From an uncultured Gemmatimonadales bacterium (GTDB taxonomy: Bacteria; Gemmatimonadota; Gemmatimonadetes; Gemmatimonadales; GWC2-71-9), in contig CAVZZO010000003.1 in assembly GCA_963779755.1 (NCBI GenBank), positions 1,120,001-1,184,000 on the forward strand: a stretch of DNA of 64,000 nucleotides, read 5' to 3'. The notes beneath the pieces were generated by a model. That model had not been told where the DNA came from. It ran no database searches and saw only the letters and a list, made by a program, of their open reading frames with translations. This document shows, piece by piece, positions 1-9,974 of this stretch. The stretch's first letter is position 1, and every line of letters starts with the position of its first letter. The position numbers and the translations under genes were made by a program.

Positions 1-77
1 CGCGTGGCCGAGCGGGCCATCAGTAACTGGCTGGCGGCGCGGGGGCTGCTGCCGGGCCGCTGCGCGGGGGATGCGGA

Positions 78-1595
78 GTGAGCCGTCTGCGGCAGGAGGG
101 AGCGTGGCTGGCGCTGCTGCTGGCGGTGGCGCTGGCGGTGGCGGGGCGGCCGGTGCCGAGCGGGAACGAACTGCTGTATCTGCTGGCGCCCTACCGCCTG
201 ACCCATCCCGCCTTCCTGGCCGGCGACTGGACCTACGCCGTGCCCTGGAACGAGCACCTGGTCTTCAACTGGACCGTCGGCGCGCTGATGCTCGCCATCC
301 CTCCGGTGGTGATGGGCTGGCTGGGCCGGCTGGTCTGCTGGACGCTGATCCTGGCCGGATTGCTCCAGCTGGGGCGGCGGTTCGGCCTCACGCCGGCGCT
401 ATCGGCGCTGGGGATTGCCATCTGGCTGGGCGCCGGCCAGGCGCTGGTGGGCGGCGAGTGGATGATCGGCGGCTTCGAGGCCAAGGTAGTGGCCTACGTG
501 CTGTTGGTCTTCGCGCTGAACCGGCTGCTGGAGGGGCGGGAGAAATCGGGCGGCATCCTGCTGGGCCTCAGCTTCACCCTGCATCCGGCCGTCGGCATGC
601 AGGGGGCAATCGCAGCCGCCGTGGGGCTGCTCTTCCTGCGCTGGCCCCCGGCGCGTCTGGCCCGGACGGGGGTCTGGGCCACCGTCTTCGCCCTCCCGGG
701 AATCGTCACCGCGCTCATGCTGGTGACCGGCCAACCGACCGGTGCGGCCGAATGGCGGCTGGTCGTCCTCGGGCGGATGCCCTGGCATGTCGACCCCTGG
801 ACCTTCCCGTATCACCTGTTGACGCTGCTGGCCCTGATGCTGCTGTTCAACCTCCTCTGGTTCCGGCTGCGGCGTGAAGACCAGGCGTCCCGGTTCTTCG
901 CCGGGTTCCAGCTGGCGCTCCTGGGATTCTTCCTGCTGGGAATTGCCTTCCGGGCGCTGGGGTGGTTCCCCGGCATGGAACTGACGCCCTTCCGGCTGCT
1001 GCCGCTCTTCGTGCCGCTGCTCTTCTGGTGGCAGTTGGCCGCCGCCTGGCGGGAAGGCGAGTTGCGCCGGCCCCTGCTGGCGGCGGCGGCCCTGCTGGCG
1101 CTGACCGGCCATGCGGGCGTCATCCGTGCGACGGGCTCCCGGCTGCTCCAGACGGTCCGGTTCTGGCAGGAAACCGACCCGGTGGACCCGGCGCTGCGCT
1201 GGATCGCGGCGCACACACCGCCCGGCGCGGTGGTTCTGGCCCCGCCCGGCATTCGGCAATCCTTCTGGCTGATGCGGCGCGGCCAGGTGGTGAGCTGGGA
1301 CGCGATCCGCTACGACCGGCTGGGAGAGTGGCGGCGGCGGCTGGAAGCGCTGGGTGCGCCGCCCCCCGCGGCAGTGACCGGGGTGATCACGCCCGACAGC
1401 ATCAACGCGGCCTTCCTGAGCCTGCCCGCGGACAGCCTGCGAGCCCTGGCGCGAAGCTATCGGACCGGCTGGTTGCTGAGCCGGCCGGGGTATCCTTTCC
1501 CCCAGGCCGCGCGATTCGGGGAATGGGTGGTGTACCAACTGCGGGAAGCGGGAAAAGGGGAAACGGGAACAGGGGAAAAGGGTACTGGACCGTGA
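78..1595 (+). CDS. Multi-pass membrane protein of EPS loci (DUF6798-like; possible GT-C-fold or polymer-modifying protein)
   Basis: 505-aa ORF with many hydrophobic segments and a soluble C-terminal domain; lies at the edge of a polysaccharide cluster. Confidence 0.6.
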   Translation: MSRLRQEGAWLALLLAVALAVAGRPVPSGNELLYLLAPYRLTHPAFLAGDWTYAVPWNEHLVFNWTVGALMLAIPPVVMGWLGRLVCWTLILAGLLQLGRRFGLTPALSALGIAIWLGAGQALVGGEWMIGGFEAKVVAYVLLVFALNRLLEGREKSGGILLGLSFTLHPAVGMQGAIAAAVGLLFLRWPPARLARTGVWATVFALPGIVTALMLVTGQPTGAAEWRLVVLGRMPWHVDPWTFPYHLLTLLALMLLFNLLWFRLRREDQASRFFAGFQLALLGFFLLGIAFRALGWFPGMELTPFRLLPLFVPLLFWWQLAAAWREGELRRPLLAAAALLALTGHAGVIRATGSRLLQTVRFWQETDPVDPALRWIAAHTPPGAVVLAPPGIRQSFWLMRRGQVVSWDAIRYDRLGEWRRRLEALGAPPPAAVTGVITPDSINAAFLSLPADSLRALARSYRTGWLLSRPGYPFPQAARFGEWVVYQLREAGKGETGTGEKGTGP

Positions 1596-1634
1596 TCCGG
1601 ATCCTGTTCCCTCTTCCCTGTTCCCGCTTCCCCA
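1548..1634. repeat. Degenerate heptamer repeats (GGGAAAN, then inverted TTCCCNN) forming a hairpin at the gene end
   Basis: gggaaaaggggaaacgggaacaggggaaaaggg ... cctgttcccctcttccctgttcccgcttcccc. Confidence 0.6.
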
Positions 1635-1638
1635 CGGT

Positions 1639-1720
1639 TTACGCCAGCCGGTAACTATCCTCCGGCCGCATCAGCGCGTCGGCGAAGTATTTCGTGGCCC
1701 GGTTGAGCAGACGCCCGTGG
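1639..1720 (-). pseudogene. Orphan 3' remnant of the gene at 5570-6820
   Basis: Translates as LLNRATKYFADALMRPEDSYRLA*, versus LLNWATKYFVDALMR...DDSYRLA* in the intact gene. Confidence 0.8.
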
Positions 1721-1963
1721 CGCCGTCCGATCACCTGCGCCTGGGGTCGGCCCAAGCATGCCAGTGGGGACGCTCCCCGGAGACGGTACCCCCATCGGGC
1801 AAAGCCGCTCCCCTGAGGCCCCCGGGCGTCAAGGCGAGTGTGGCTCTGTAGCGAAAAGCGCATAGGCCCTGCCATCCGGCATAGCAGCTTGCCGCTGCCG
1901 GAACCTGTGGCCATTGTTAACAAGCTCTCGGATGTTTCCTCGAACTCAGGTTGGGAGGCTGGA

Positions 1964-2863
1964 ATGACGGCTGTCCAGGCAACGACGCTGGCGGCAGACC
2001 TCGAGCGAGACGGTATCGTCCTGCTGCCCGATTTTGTACCGCCGGAAACCCTGCAGAGCATGCAGCGCACCTTCGGGCTGGCCCTGGAGCGCATGCGCTG
2101 GAATGATTTCCCCGGGTTCGAGAAGACCGAACCCTATCGCCACATGGTGCAGGACGTTCTCGCCCTGGAACAGGGGTTCGTGGACGTCGCGCTGCACCCG
2201 CTGGTCAAGGATGTCCTGGCGACGTACATCGGCCCCGAATTCCAGCTGGTGGAGGCCAAAGGCTGGCTCACCCGGCCCGTGCGGAAGGATTTCCACGGCT
2301 GGCACGGGGATGCGTGGTATGACCAGTCCAAGGTGGACTACATCCCCCGCGAGGTGAAGCTCGCGGTGTACCTCACCGACGTAAACAGCGGGTATTTCGA
2401 GTACGTGAAAGGCTCACAGGGCAAACAGCATCCGCGCGCGGTGCGGGACGAGGAGGTGACTCAAGCCACCCACAAGGATATCGTCCAGGCGAAGCTCCCG
2501 GCGGGGTCGGCTATTCTGTTCGATACCAGCGGGATTCATCGCCAGAGCGTTCCGGTGCTCCAGCCACGCTGGGCGGTTTTCTACAACTACCATAATCCCC
2601 GCCTGGCCCTCCAAAAAGAGGATCTGGATTACTACCGCTACCATCCCCTGCTCCTCAACGCGGCCTTCCTGGGGAATCTCTCGGACGAGGACCGGCGGAT
2701 TCTGGGATTCGGGGACAAGACCAACTATATCCCCCATTACCAGCGCAAGCCCAAACACGAAGGCCTCCAGCGATTGATCCGCGGTATGTTTGAAGGAAAG
2801 CTCTGGCTGGACCGCCAGACCTCACGCATCAACGCCCGAATGCGTAAAACCTTTCGGAGCTGA
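1964..2863 (+). CDS. Phytanoyl-CoA dioxygenase family 2OG-Fe(II) oxygenase
   Basis: WHGD (HxD) motif plus distal His in FDTSGIHR; GGAGG RBS before the ATG at 1964. Confidence 0.8.
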   Translation: MTAVQATTLAADLERDGIVLLPDFVPPETLQSMQRTFGLALERMRWNDFPGFEKTEPYRHMVQDVLALEQGFVDVALHPLVKDVLATYIGPEFQLVEAKGWLTRPVRKDFHGWHGDAWYDQSKVDYIPREVKLAVYLTDVNSGYFEYVKGSQGKQHPRAVRDEEVTQATHKDIVQAKLPAGSAILFDTSGIHRQSVPVLQPRWAVFYNYHNPRLALQKEDLDYYRYHPLLLNAAFLGNLSDEDRRILGFGDKTNYIPHYQRKPKHEGLQRLIRGMFEGKLWLDRQTSRINARMRKTFRS

Positions 2864-3985
2864 GGTGACGGGCAAGTCCTGCCGTTCGGCCGACTTGCGC
2901 CCGGCAGCTTCCTCACACCAGTCGAGGTTCGCCCTGACGGACCTTTCGAGGTCGAAGCGCTCCTCGACTCGCCTGCGCGCCGCGGCCTGAAGTCTGGCCC
3001 GGAGCGCCGGGTCGTCCAGCAGACGGCGTATCGCTGCGGCGAGCGCCGCCGGGTCTGCCGGAGGAACCAGGAGGCCGGTCACGCCATCCTCGATCAACTC
3101 GGGGATCCCACCGGCGTTCGTCGCGACTACAGCGCACCCGCCGGCCATGGCCTCGGCAATGGCAAACCCGAACGCTTCCTCCCAGACCGCAGGATGGATG
3201 AAGATCCCGGCCTGCCGGACGAGATCCGAAACGTCGTTCCGGAGTCCGAGGAACCGGACTTGCCCGCTGATTCCCAGGCCGGTCGCGAGCGCCCGGAGAT
3301 TGGCTTCCTCCGGACCGTCTCCCGCCAGCGCCAATTCAACTCCGGGATCGCCGAGCAACCCTACCGCGCGCACGAGATGCTCGACCCCCTTGATCCAGTG
3401 CAGGTTCGCGACGCAAAGCAGGTGCGGCGGGCCTTTGTCGTCCCGTTTTCCGGGGGTAAACCGCTCGAGGTCGACTCCGCTGTAGATCCGCCGCAGTTTT
3501 CTTCGTGGCAGCCCGTACAACCACCGATCTCTCTTCACCACGTAGTCTGAAACCCCGGCGACGCCATGCACCCGGGGCAGGGCCACCGCGCAGCGGAAGC
3601 GGTTCTTCAGTGCGCTCTTCCACGACAACTGCCCCGGAAGGGGGCCCGAATACTGGTCCAGAATCAGCACCCGGGCCGGCCAGGCCAGGGCAGCCGCATG
3701 AGTCCACCAGCGGTAGGGTTGAAAGAGCTGGAGGTGCAGCACGTCGTAGGTTCGGAGCTTTCGGACGGCCTGCCACATCGAGGCCCCGATCCCGGCGCGA
3801 TCCAGTGTGCCCCACCCGGCCCCATGGGCGTGCAACCGCTCGAGGAAGACAGGATGGATAGGAGGCTTCCCGAAGACATCCACCTCATGCCCGCGGCTTT
3901 GCCCCTCTCGAGCAAAAGCCAGGAGCCAATCCTCGAGGGAGCCGAGCTTACGAGGTGCGAGGTCTATCAGGAGCGCAATACGAAT
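2822..3985 (-). CDS. Glycosyltransferase family 4 (probable ATT start at 3985)
   Basis: EAFGFAIAEAMAGG (E-x7-E) and GGIPELI motifs; the frame stays open upstream of 3883 as (M)RIALLIDLAPRKLGSLEDW...RGHEVDVF. Confidence 0.85.
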   Translation of the reverse strand: MRIALLIDLAPRKLGSLEDWLLAFAREGQSRGHEVDVFGKPPIHPVFLERLHAHGAGWGTLDRAGIGASMWQAVRKLRTYDVLHLQLFQPYRWWTHAAALAWPARVLILDQYSGPLPGQLSWKSALKNRFRCAVALPRVHGVAGVSDYVVKRDRWLYGLPRRKLRRIYSGVDLERFTPGKRDDKGPPHLLCVANLHWIKGVEHLVRAVGLLGDPGVELALAGDGPEEANLRALATGLGISGQVRFLGLRNDVSDLVRQAGIFIHPAVWEEAFGFAIAEAMAGGCAVVATNAGGIPELIEDGVTGLLVPPADPAALAAAIRRLLDDPALRARLQAAARRRVEERFDLERSVRANLDWCEEAAGRKSAERQDLPVTSAPKGFTHSGVDA

Positions 3986-4039
3986 GGTACGCCCTCAGCG
4001 TTCGGAGATAGCCGCTGCTCCACCAGCGGCAGCAGAGGC

Positions 4040-5479
4040 TTACGGGCTGCCGGCCACTTCCTGGAGCGCGTCAAAGAGAATTCGGGCCTGATGCCCACGG
4101 CTGAGCGTGCGGTCCCGTGCCACCGGTTGCGGCACGACCCCCCTCCTGAACTCATGATACCGCCGAATCAGCACCTCCGCCAGACGATCAATATCGTCCG
4201 GCGGAACAACGTCCGCGGAGGTGCCCTGCAGAAGTTCTGCGGTAGCGCTCCGTTCGTCGGCCATGGCCAGCAAGGCCGCATGAAAGCTCATGTATTCATA
4301 GATCTTCGATGGAATCGCCATGTGGCTGTCCTGCGGCAGACTGACCAGGATGGTGGCATCTTCCAGGACACGGGACAGTTCATGACGGGCGATGCGTGGG
4401 AGCAAGATGAGAAACTCCGATACGCCCTCTTCCCGAGCCATCTGTTCCAGAGATATGTCTTCGAACCTCTCGACGTTGCCTACGAAGAGCATGCCGAGAT
4501 CGGCCCTGGTCAGAGACTCGGACTTGACCAGGCGCTTCACGGCCCGAAACAGGCCACGCGGGGTTCGATCGTAATAGATGCTCCCGGCATAGGCCATAAT
4601 GAACTTGTCCCGCCGGGCAGCGGAGGGGGCAGGTTCGATATCATATCCGTTCCGGATGGTGAGAAAGCGGCCGGGAGCCTCGGGGTAGGCTGCCCGTAAA
4701 GCAGCAGTGGCCGGACCGGTATTCGAAATCACCAACGCCGCCCTCGCCATGACCCGCCGCTCGTCCCGCCCCTCCAGGATATAGTACACTGGGCTGGCCT
4801 TCCCTTCGAGCACCCGCTCCTGAAGACTCCAGGGATCCCGGAGATCCACCACATGCGGCAGGCCGTACCGTAGCGCGAGCCGGCGCCCGGCTTCGTGAAC
4901 CTGATGCGGTGGCCCGCAGGTGATGACCGCGGCATGCGATCCCGAACCGATCAGCCGCCGAGCCAGCCGCGCTGCCAGTCCTCCCCAATGCCTCGTGGAG
5001 ATGAACAGGCTCCAGGCGTGGTAGGTGCGCATAACGCTGCGGGGCGTCAGCGGAAGCCAGTGGATCTCGGAGCGGCGCAGCGATCCCGGCAGACCGCCGG
5101 AGCCGCCATGGTTGAGCCCCGCCACGGGGGCCTTGACGGGTCGCCGGCCAAGAGAACGCAGAATCCGCAAGGCCTCTTGTTCCAGCCGTGCGAGAGGACT
5201 GGGTACCTCCGGCACCCCAAAGACCCGGAGGTTAGCGGGAAGGGCATCGAGCGTCTGCATGTCGCAAGTGCCTAGCGCAGCGGGACTCCGGGTCACCACG
5301 TCGATGCCCCACCCGCGCTCCACCCCATACGCGGCCAGTCGCTGCCATCGAAGTGCCCCCACCTCCGGACTGGGAGGAAAGTGATAGCTGATAAGGAGGA
5401 GCCGGCGCGCACCCGGTTCGACCCGGGCGCTTCCATGAAACGGCTCGATTCCAGAGGCTTGCACGTCGCTCGGCTTCAT
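4040..5479 (-). CDS. Glycosyltransferase (GT4-like)
   Basis: LLLISYHFPP..GALRW N-terminus, DLRDPW, IPSKIYEYM motifs. Confidence 0.85.
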   Translation of the reverse strand: MKPSDVQASGIEPFHGSARVEPGARRLLLISYHFPPSPEVGALRWQRLAAYGVERGWGIDVVTRSPAALGTCDMQTLDALPANLRVFGVPEVPSPLARLEQEALRILRSLGRRPVKAPVAGLNHGGSGGLPGSLRRSEIHWLPLTPRSVMRTYHAWSLFISTRHWGGLAARLARRLIGSGSHAAVITCGPPHQVHEAGRRLALRYGLPHVVDLRDPWSLQERVLEGKASPVYYILEGRDERRVMARAALVISNTGPATAALRAAYPEAPGRFLTIRNGYDIEPAPSAARRDKFIMAYAGSIYYDRTPRGLFRAVKRLVKSESLTRADLGMLFVGNVERFEDISLEQMAREEGVSEFLILLPRIARHELSRVLEDATILVSLPQDSHMAIPSKIYEYMSFHAALLAMADERSATAELLQGTSADVVPPDDIDRLAEVLIRRYHEFRRGVVPQPVARDRTLSRGHQARILFDALQEVAGSP

Positions 5480-5518
5480 GAAACGGAAGACATCAGGATG
5501 CGCGGTAGAACAATGAGA

Positions 5519-5534
5519 CGCAAGGAGAGGGCCA
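5519..5534 (-). promoter_or_regulatory. Putative sigma-54 promoter (-24/-12)
   Basis: TGGCCCTCTCCTTGCG (GG-N10-GC), about 40 nt upstream of the ATG at 5479. Confidence 0.55.
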
Positions 5535-5569
5535 GAAAAGCAGATCTGTGCGTGGAGGCAGGCTTATGC

Positions 5570-6820
5570 TCACGCCAGACGGTAACTGTCGTCCCTCCGC
5601 GGCCTGCCCGCGCGTGCATCGCCGTCCCTCATGAGGGCGTCCACGAAATACTTGGTCGCCCAGTTGAGCAGCTCGTGGCGGCCGTAGCCGCCGGTGAGCG
5701 GCGCCGAGCCCTTGATGCCGCCCCGGAGGCCGGGATCGCGGCTCCCGCGGTTCTGGGTCCGCTTGAGGAAGCGCAGTACCTGACCCACCGGTCCCAGCCA
5801 TTCCCGCTCGCCGGTGATGGCCCAGAGGCGAATCCAGTTGTTCACCATCTGGGCGTTGCCGGTGAGGCAGCTCCACTCCACCGCGCCGCTCCAGTCGGCG
5901 TTGAACCGCCCCGGCAGCCAGCCGTCTTCCCGCACCCGCTCGAGAATGGCCCGCGCCGGGCGCACGGCCGCCTGGAGCAGCGCCTCGTCCCCTAAGACGC
6001 GCGCACCCTCCAGCAGGCCGCGGATGGTGTAGGCCAGCGTATGCAGTAGCGGCCGGGCGGGATCGGTGAGGCAGCAATGCGGAAACCAGCCGTTGGGATG
6101 CTGCAGGGTGGCCACCGCCCGCAGGTTGCGCGCCGCACCCGCGGTAAAGCCTGGCTCCTCCAGCCGCGCCCCAGCCTCGGCGAAGGCCCAGGCCACCCGC
6201 GCGTTGTAGAGCGTGGTGTCCTTGCGGGCGAACTCCGAGTTGCCGGCGCGCCAGTGGCCGTCCGCTTCCTGCACGGCGGCCAGGTAACGCCCGGCGCGCC
6301 GGGCGGCATCGGCGAAGCGCTGCTCTCCCGTCTCCTCGAACAGGGCCAGCCAGCCGAACATCACCTGGCCGGTATTGAACACCGCCGGCGAGCGGCCTTC
6401 GCCGATCACCCCGCCCTGCACCGCCCCGTCGGGCAGCTGCACGGCGATCTCCCAGTCGCCGGCGCGCAGAGCACGAGCGGCCAGCTCGGGACGGTCCAGC
6501 CGCCGCGCCGCTTCCAGCAGCGTGGGAATGATGTAGCCTGTCGTTTCGGGGTAGGAGGGCTGCCAGCCGCGGGAATGGAAGTAGCGCAGGTATCCCAGGC
6601 TGTAGCCCCGGGCAACGCCGTCATCGGGCGTGCCGTCCTGCGCCCGCGCCAGCCAGTCCACCGCCTCGCGCAGGTGGGGCAGCGACTCCCGCTCGGCGGG
6701 ATGGCCCCCCTGCGATTCGCGGCGGATTTCGGCGGCGAGCACCGGATTGAGGGCCGGATGCTCCCGCAGGGAGCCCAGGCGTCCGCGGACAGACCGGAGA
6801 ACTCGATCGGGCAGGGACAT
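5570..6820 (-). CDS. (alpha/alpha)-toroid protein, prenyltransferase/squalene-cyclase-repeat-like, EPS-associated
   Basis: Repeated WL...Q..DG.W motifs and SYPETTGYIIPTLL; likely start MSLPDR at 6820. Confidence 0.65.
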   Translation of the reverse strand: MSLPDRVLRSVRGRLGSLREHPALNPVLAAEIRRESQGGHPAERESLPHLREAVDWLARAQDGTPDDGVARGYSLGYLRYFHSRGWQPSYPETTGYIIPTLLEAARRLDRPELAARALRAGDWEIAVQLPDGAVQGGVIGEGRSPAVFNTGQVMFGWLALFEETGEQRFADAARRAGRYLAAVQEADGHWRAGNSEFARKDTTLYNARVAWAFAEAGARLEEPGFTAGAARNLRAVATLQHPNGWFPHCCLTDPARPLLHTLAYTIRGLLEGARVLGDEALLQAAVRPARAILERVREDGWLPGRFNADWSGAVEWSCLTGNAQMVNNWIRLWAITGEREWLGPVGQVLRFLKRTQNRGSRDPGLRGGIKGSAPLTGGYGRHELLNWATKYFVDALMRDGDARAGRPRRDDSYRLA

Positions 6821-6901
6821 GGGGCGGGAAAATGGGGATCCGGTGGATTCTGGGCAAGGGAATACGGGTCGTGGACTGCGTGCCGAACTTCGCCGGGAAT
6901 G

Positions 6902-6917
6902 GGCCAGCAGCATGCCA
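6902..6917 (-). promoter_or_regulatory. Putative sigma-54 promoter
   Basis: TGGCATGCTGCTGGC (GG-N10-GC) upstream of 6820. Confidence 0.4.
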
Positions 6918-7206
6918 GCTTGCGGCACACTTCAAGGCGCAGATCTCCTGCAGGGAGTGGCGCGTCACTCGCGCCAGCGGGGTGGGACCAGGTATACCAG
7001 CGCCCGAAAGACCACCTCGTTGTCGCGCGGCGCCCCCCCCATCGCTTCTGGGATGGCGAGGATAGAGAGATTCTCGATCCCCTGGCCGCCCCACAAGCTA
7101 TTCGTCACTGAGCCTGCGGGGGAAAGCGGCCTGCTATATTGGCCGGGACAACCGGCTGCGCACTGAGCAGGTTGATTCTCGTAGTTGGACAAGGAGGGGT
7201 AGCCTG

Positions 7207-8271
7207 ATGTATACGGTCACGGCATACTACGATCCCTTCGAGAATCTCTACCACACTTCCTACGCCTACTCCGGGCTCCTGGCCCTGGCCCGGCGGCGAC
7301 AGATCAGACTGCGAATCAGACGTGTCCGCCAATACCAGCCAGGCTCACTCTGCGTATCCACGGTCGTCATCGGTCCCGGGAAAGGAAGCCTTCGAGTCAC
7401 CTTTGATCTGCGAGACCGGAGCACGCGCTTCGATCAGAGGCTCCTGCAGGACTCCAACGTGTATTTCAAGCGGAGCTATCATGGTCCCGATCTGTCTGAT
7501 ATCGAGCCGCGACTCCGGTCCCGCATTCTCCCATTTGGGCTGAATTATGTCTGCGGCTCGCCCGGCATGGCCCCGCTCCTCATCCGGGCCGCTGGCATAG
7601 GGGCACTGGACGCCATCCTGCACGGCCGGCTGCATGACATAAGGCCGCTGGCCAGGTCGTTGGCAGCTCTGGTACAATACAGCCGGGCCGGGGACTACGA
7701 GTACCCCGATTCGGCACCGAAAGACCCCATCGTGGTTTACCAGACAAGGTTGTGGCGAGATGATGAAGCGGGCGAGTCCGCGGAGGGCATCAACGATCAA
7801 CGCGCTCGGCTCGTGCGAGGGTTGCGCAGTGCCTTTGGTCCCAGATTCCGGGGCGGCCTGGTGCCCAATGCCCTCGCCATCAGCCGGTATCCGGACCTGA
7901 TCGGGGATCTTCCATACAGCCAGAAAGATTACATCAGACAGAGCCGCACTGCGTTGATCGGCATCTATTCTCGTGGCCTGCACTTCTCAACTGCGTGGAA
8001 ATTTGGCGAATATCTCGCCTCCTCCAGCTGTATCGTCGCCGAACCACCCAGGAATACACTGCCAGAACCCCTGGTGGAGGGAAGTCACTACCTGTCTTAC
8101 CGGACGCCTGAGGAATGCGTCGCCGCGTGCGAGCGGATCCTGCAGAATCCGGACTTGCAGGCGGACATGCGGAGCGCGGCCTTCCGGTACTATTTGCGCA
8201 ATGTGGAGCCCGGGGCACACATGCAGTCCTGCCTCGAACGAGCGTATGCTCTGGCTGGGAATGATTTGTAG
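7207..8271 (+). CDS. Putative glycosyltransferase (GT-B C-terminal, CgeB/Glyco_trans_1_2-like)
   Basis: WKFGEYLA...LVEGSHYLSYRTPEECVAACERIL C-terminus; AGGAGG RBS. Confidence 0.6.
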   Translation: MYTVTAYYDPFENLYHTSYAYSGLLALARRRQIRLRIRRVRQYQPGSLCVSTVVIGPGKGSLRVTFDLRDRSTRFDQRLLQDSNVYFKRSYHGPDLSDIEPRLRSRILPFGLNYVCGSPGMAPLLIRAAGIGALDAILHGRLHDIRPLARSLAALVQYSRAGDYEYPDSAPKDPIVVYQTRLWRDDEAGESAEGINDQRARLVRGLRSAFGPRFRGGLVPNALAISRYPDLIGDLPYSQKDYIRQSRTALIGIYSRGLHFSTAWKFGEYLASSSCIVAEPPRNTLPEPLVEGSHYLSYRTPEECVAACERILQNPDLQADMRSAAFRYYLRNVEPGAHMQSCLERAYALAGNDL

Positions 8272-8412
8272 TACAAGGGCCTCACAGTAACCTCCGGTGG
8301 GGGGGTAGGCGGGTACGGCAAGCGGAACGGATCCCCTGCAGGCGCGGCTCTGCTCCTGCTGGAGTTGTGCCCCAACCGGGACCGGCAGGACGACTACTCG
8401 CCAGCAGAGGCA

Positions 8413-8428
8413 TGGCATCCACCTTGCT
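8413..8428 (+). promoter_or_regulatory. Putative sigma-54 promoter
   Basis: TGGCATCCACCTTGCT, close to the TGGCAC-N5-TTGCW consensus, upstream of the flippase. Confidence 0.7.
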
Positions 8429-8465
8429 GCATTTGGCAGGTTCACCGCGCCCGGCAGGAGTCTGC

Positions 8466-9974
8466 TTGACCGTACCCGCTTCCCCGGAGAACGAGTCCAT
8501 CTCTCCCACTCCTATCGACACTCAGCGGCGTCTCGACCGGTCGCTGGTGCATGGCATAGCCTGGACCGGGGGAATGAAATGGGCCACCCAGCTGGCGACA
8601 TGGGGGGCCACGCTTATCATTGCCCGGCTGCTCACACCCGAGGACTATGGCCTGGTGGACATGGCCGCGCTCTACCTCGGCTTCGTGCAGTTGGTGAACG
8701 AGTTCGGGCTGGGCGCGGCCATCATCCGGGAGCGGGAACTGGACCGGGAACAGATCGCGTCCCTGGGCGGCATGTCCATACTGCTGGGGCTCGGCCTCTG
8801 GGCACTCTCGACGCTCATCGCCGTGCCGGTAGCGGCGTTCTTCCGGCAGCCGGAGGTCCGCTGGATCATCACCATCCTGGGCGTGACCTTCCTCACCACC
8901 GCGGTCAAGGTAGTGCCCCGCTCCCTCATGGTCCGCGATCTCCAGTTCCGGCGGGTCGCGGTTGCCGATGCGACGGAGGCCATCAGCAGCGCAGTAGTCA
9001 CCCTGACTCTGGCGATCGCGGGGGCGCGATACTGGTCTCTGGTATTCGGCAGCATCGTTGGCAGCACGGCGGGGATGACCCTGTCTCTCTGGTGGCGCGC
9101 CCACCGGGTTCGCTGGCCCCGGCAACTGAGCAGTCTGCGCCAGGCCATCGCCTTCGGCAGTCACATCGTCGTCTCGCGTATCAGCTGGTATCTCTACAGC
9201 AATGCGGACTTTACCATCGTGGGCCGGGTGCTGGGCAAGGCGGCCCTGGGCACCTACGGGTTCGGCTGGCAGCTGGCCAGCATCCCGGTGAACCGGATCA
9301 GCTCCATGGTGGGCCAGGTGACGCCCTCCATTTTCTCGGCGGTGAAGGACGATCCCGCCGCCCTGCGGCGCTACCTGCTCCGCCTCACCGAAGGCCTGGC
9401 CTTCATTACCTTTCCCTTCTCGGTGGGGGTGGCCCTGGTTGCCGATGATTTCGTGCTGGCGGTGCTGGGCGACAAATGGCAGGCGGCTATCATGCCGCTC
9501 CGGCTGCTGGCCATCTATGCCTGCATCCGCTCCATTACCACCATAGTACCTCAGATTCTCAACTACACCGGCCGTTCCCGCGACCAGATGCGCTTCAGCC
9601 TCTTTGCCCTGGTGGTGCTCCCGCCCATGTTCTACGTGGCGGCGCGCACCTGGGGCACAACCGGCGTCGGCTGGGCCTGGATCCTTGGGTATCCGGTGGT
9701 GATCGCCCCCGGCCTCGCCGTGGCGTTTCAGATCACCGGGCTGCGTCTGCGGGGCTACCTCGCCGCTTTGCGTCCCGCCGCCCTGGGATCGGCGGCCATG
9801 ATCGCGGTCGTGCTGGGCGTCCGGTTTCTTCTGCCCGCCCGACAGCCCCATCTGGCCCAGCTCCTGATCGAAAGCGGCACCGGCGCCCTGACCTACGCCG
9901 TCATCATGTACTTTGCCTACGGCGAGCGGATCCGGAGCACCCTCCGGATGCTGCGGGAGCTGCGCACCGGATGA
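8466..9974 (+). CDS. wzx: Polysaccharide flippase (Wzx / MOP superfamily)
   Basis: LIIARLLTPEDYGL...EFGLGAAII motif, 12 or more TM segments; TTG start at 8466 after AGGAG. Confidence 0.9.
   Translation: MTVPASPENESISPTPIDTQRRLDRSLVHGIAWTGGMKWATQLATWGATLIIARLLTPEDYGLVDMAALYLGFVQLVNEFGLGAAIIRERELDREQIASLGGMSILLGLGLWALSTLIAVPVAAFFRQPEVRWIITILGVTFLTTAVKVVPRSLMVRDLQFRRVAVADATEAISSAVVTLTLAIAGARYWSLVFGSIVGSTAGMTLSLWWRAHRVRWPRQLSSLRQAIAFGSHIVVSRISWYLYSNADFTIVGRVLGKAALGTYGFGWQLASIPVNRISSMVGQVTPSIFSAVKDDPAALRRYLLRLTEGLAFITFPFSVGVALVADDFVLAVLGDKWQAAIMPLRLLAIYACIRSITTIVPQILNYTGRSRDQMRFSLFALVVLPPMFYVAARTWGTTGVGWAWILGYPVVIAPGLAVAFQITGLRLRGYLAALRPAALGSAAMIAVVLGVRFLLPARQPHLAQLLIESGTGALTYAVIMYFAYGERIRSTLRMLRELRTG

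Noticed and set aside
1876..1893. Sigma-54-like motif CGGCATAGCAGCTTGC before the dioxygenase
   Set aside because: GG-to-GC spacing is 11 rather than the strictly required 10
6965..7192. Small ORF in the divergent intergenic region
   Set aside because: No recognisable motif or RBS support; overlaps probable promoter regions
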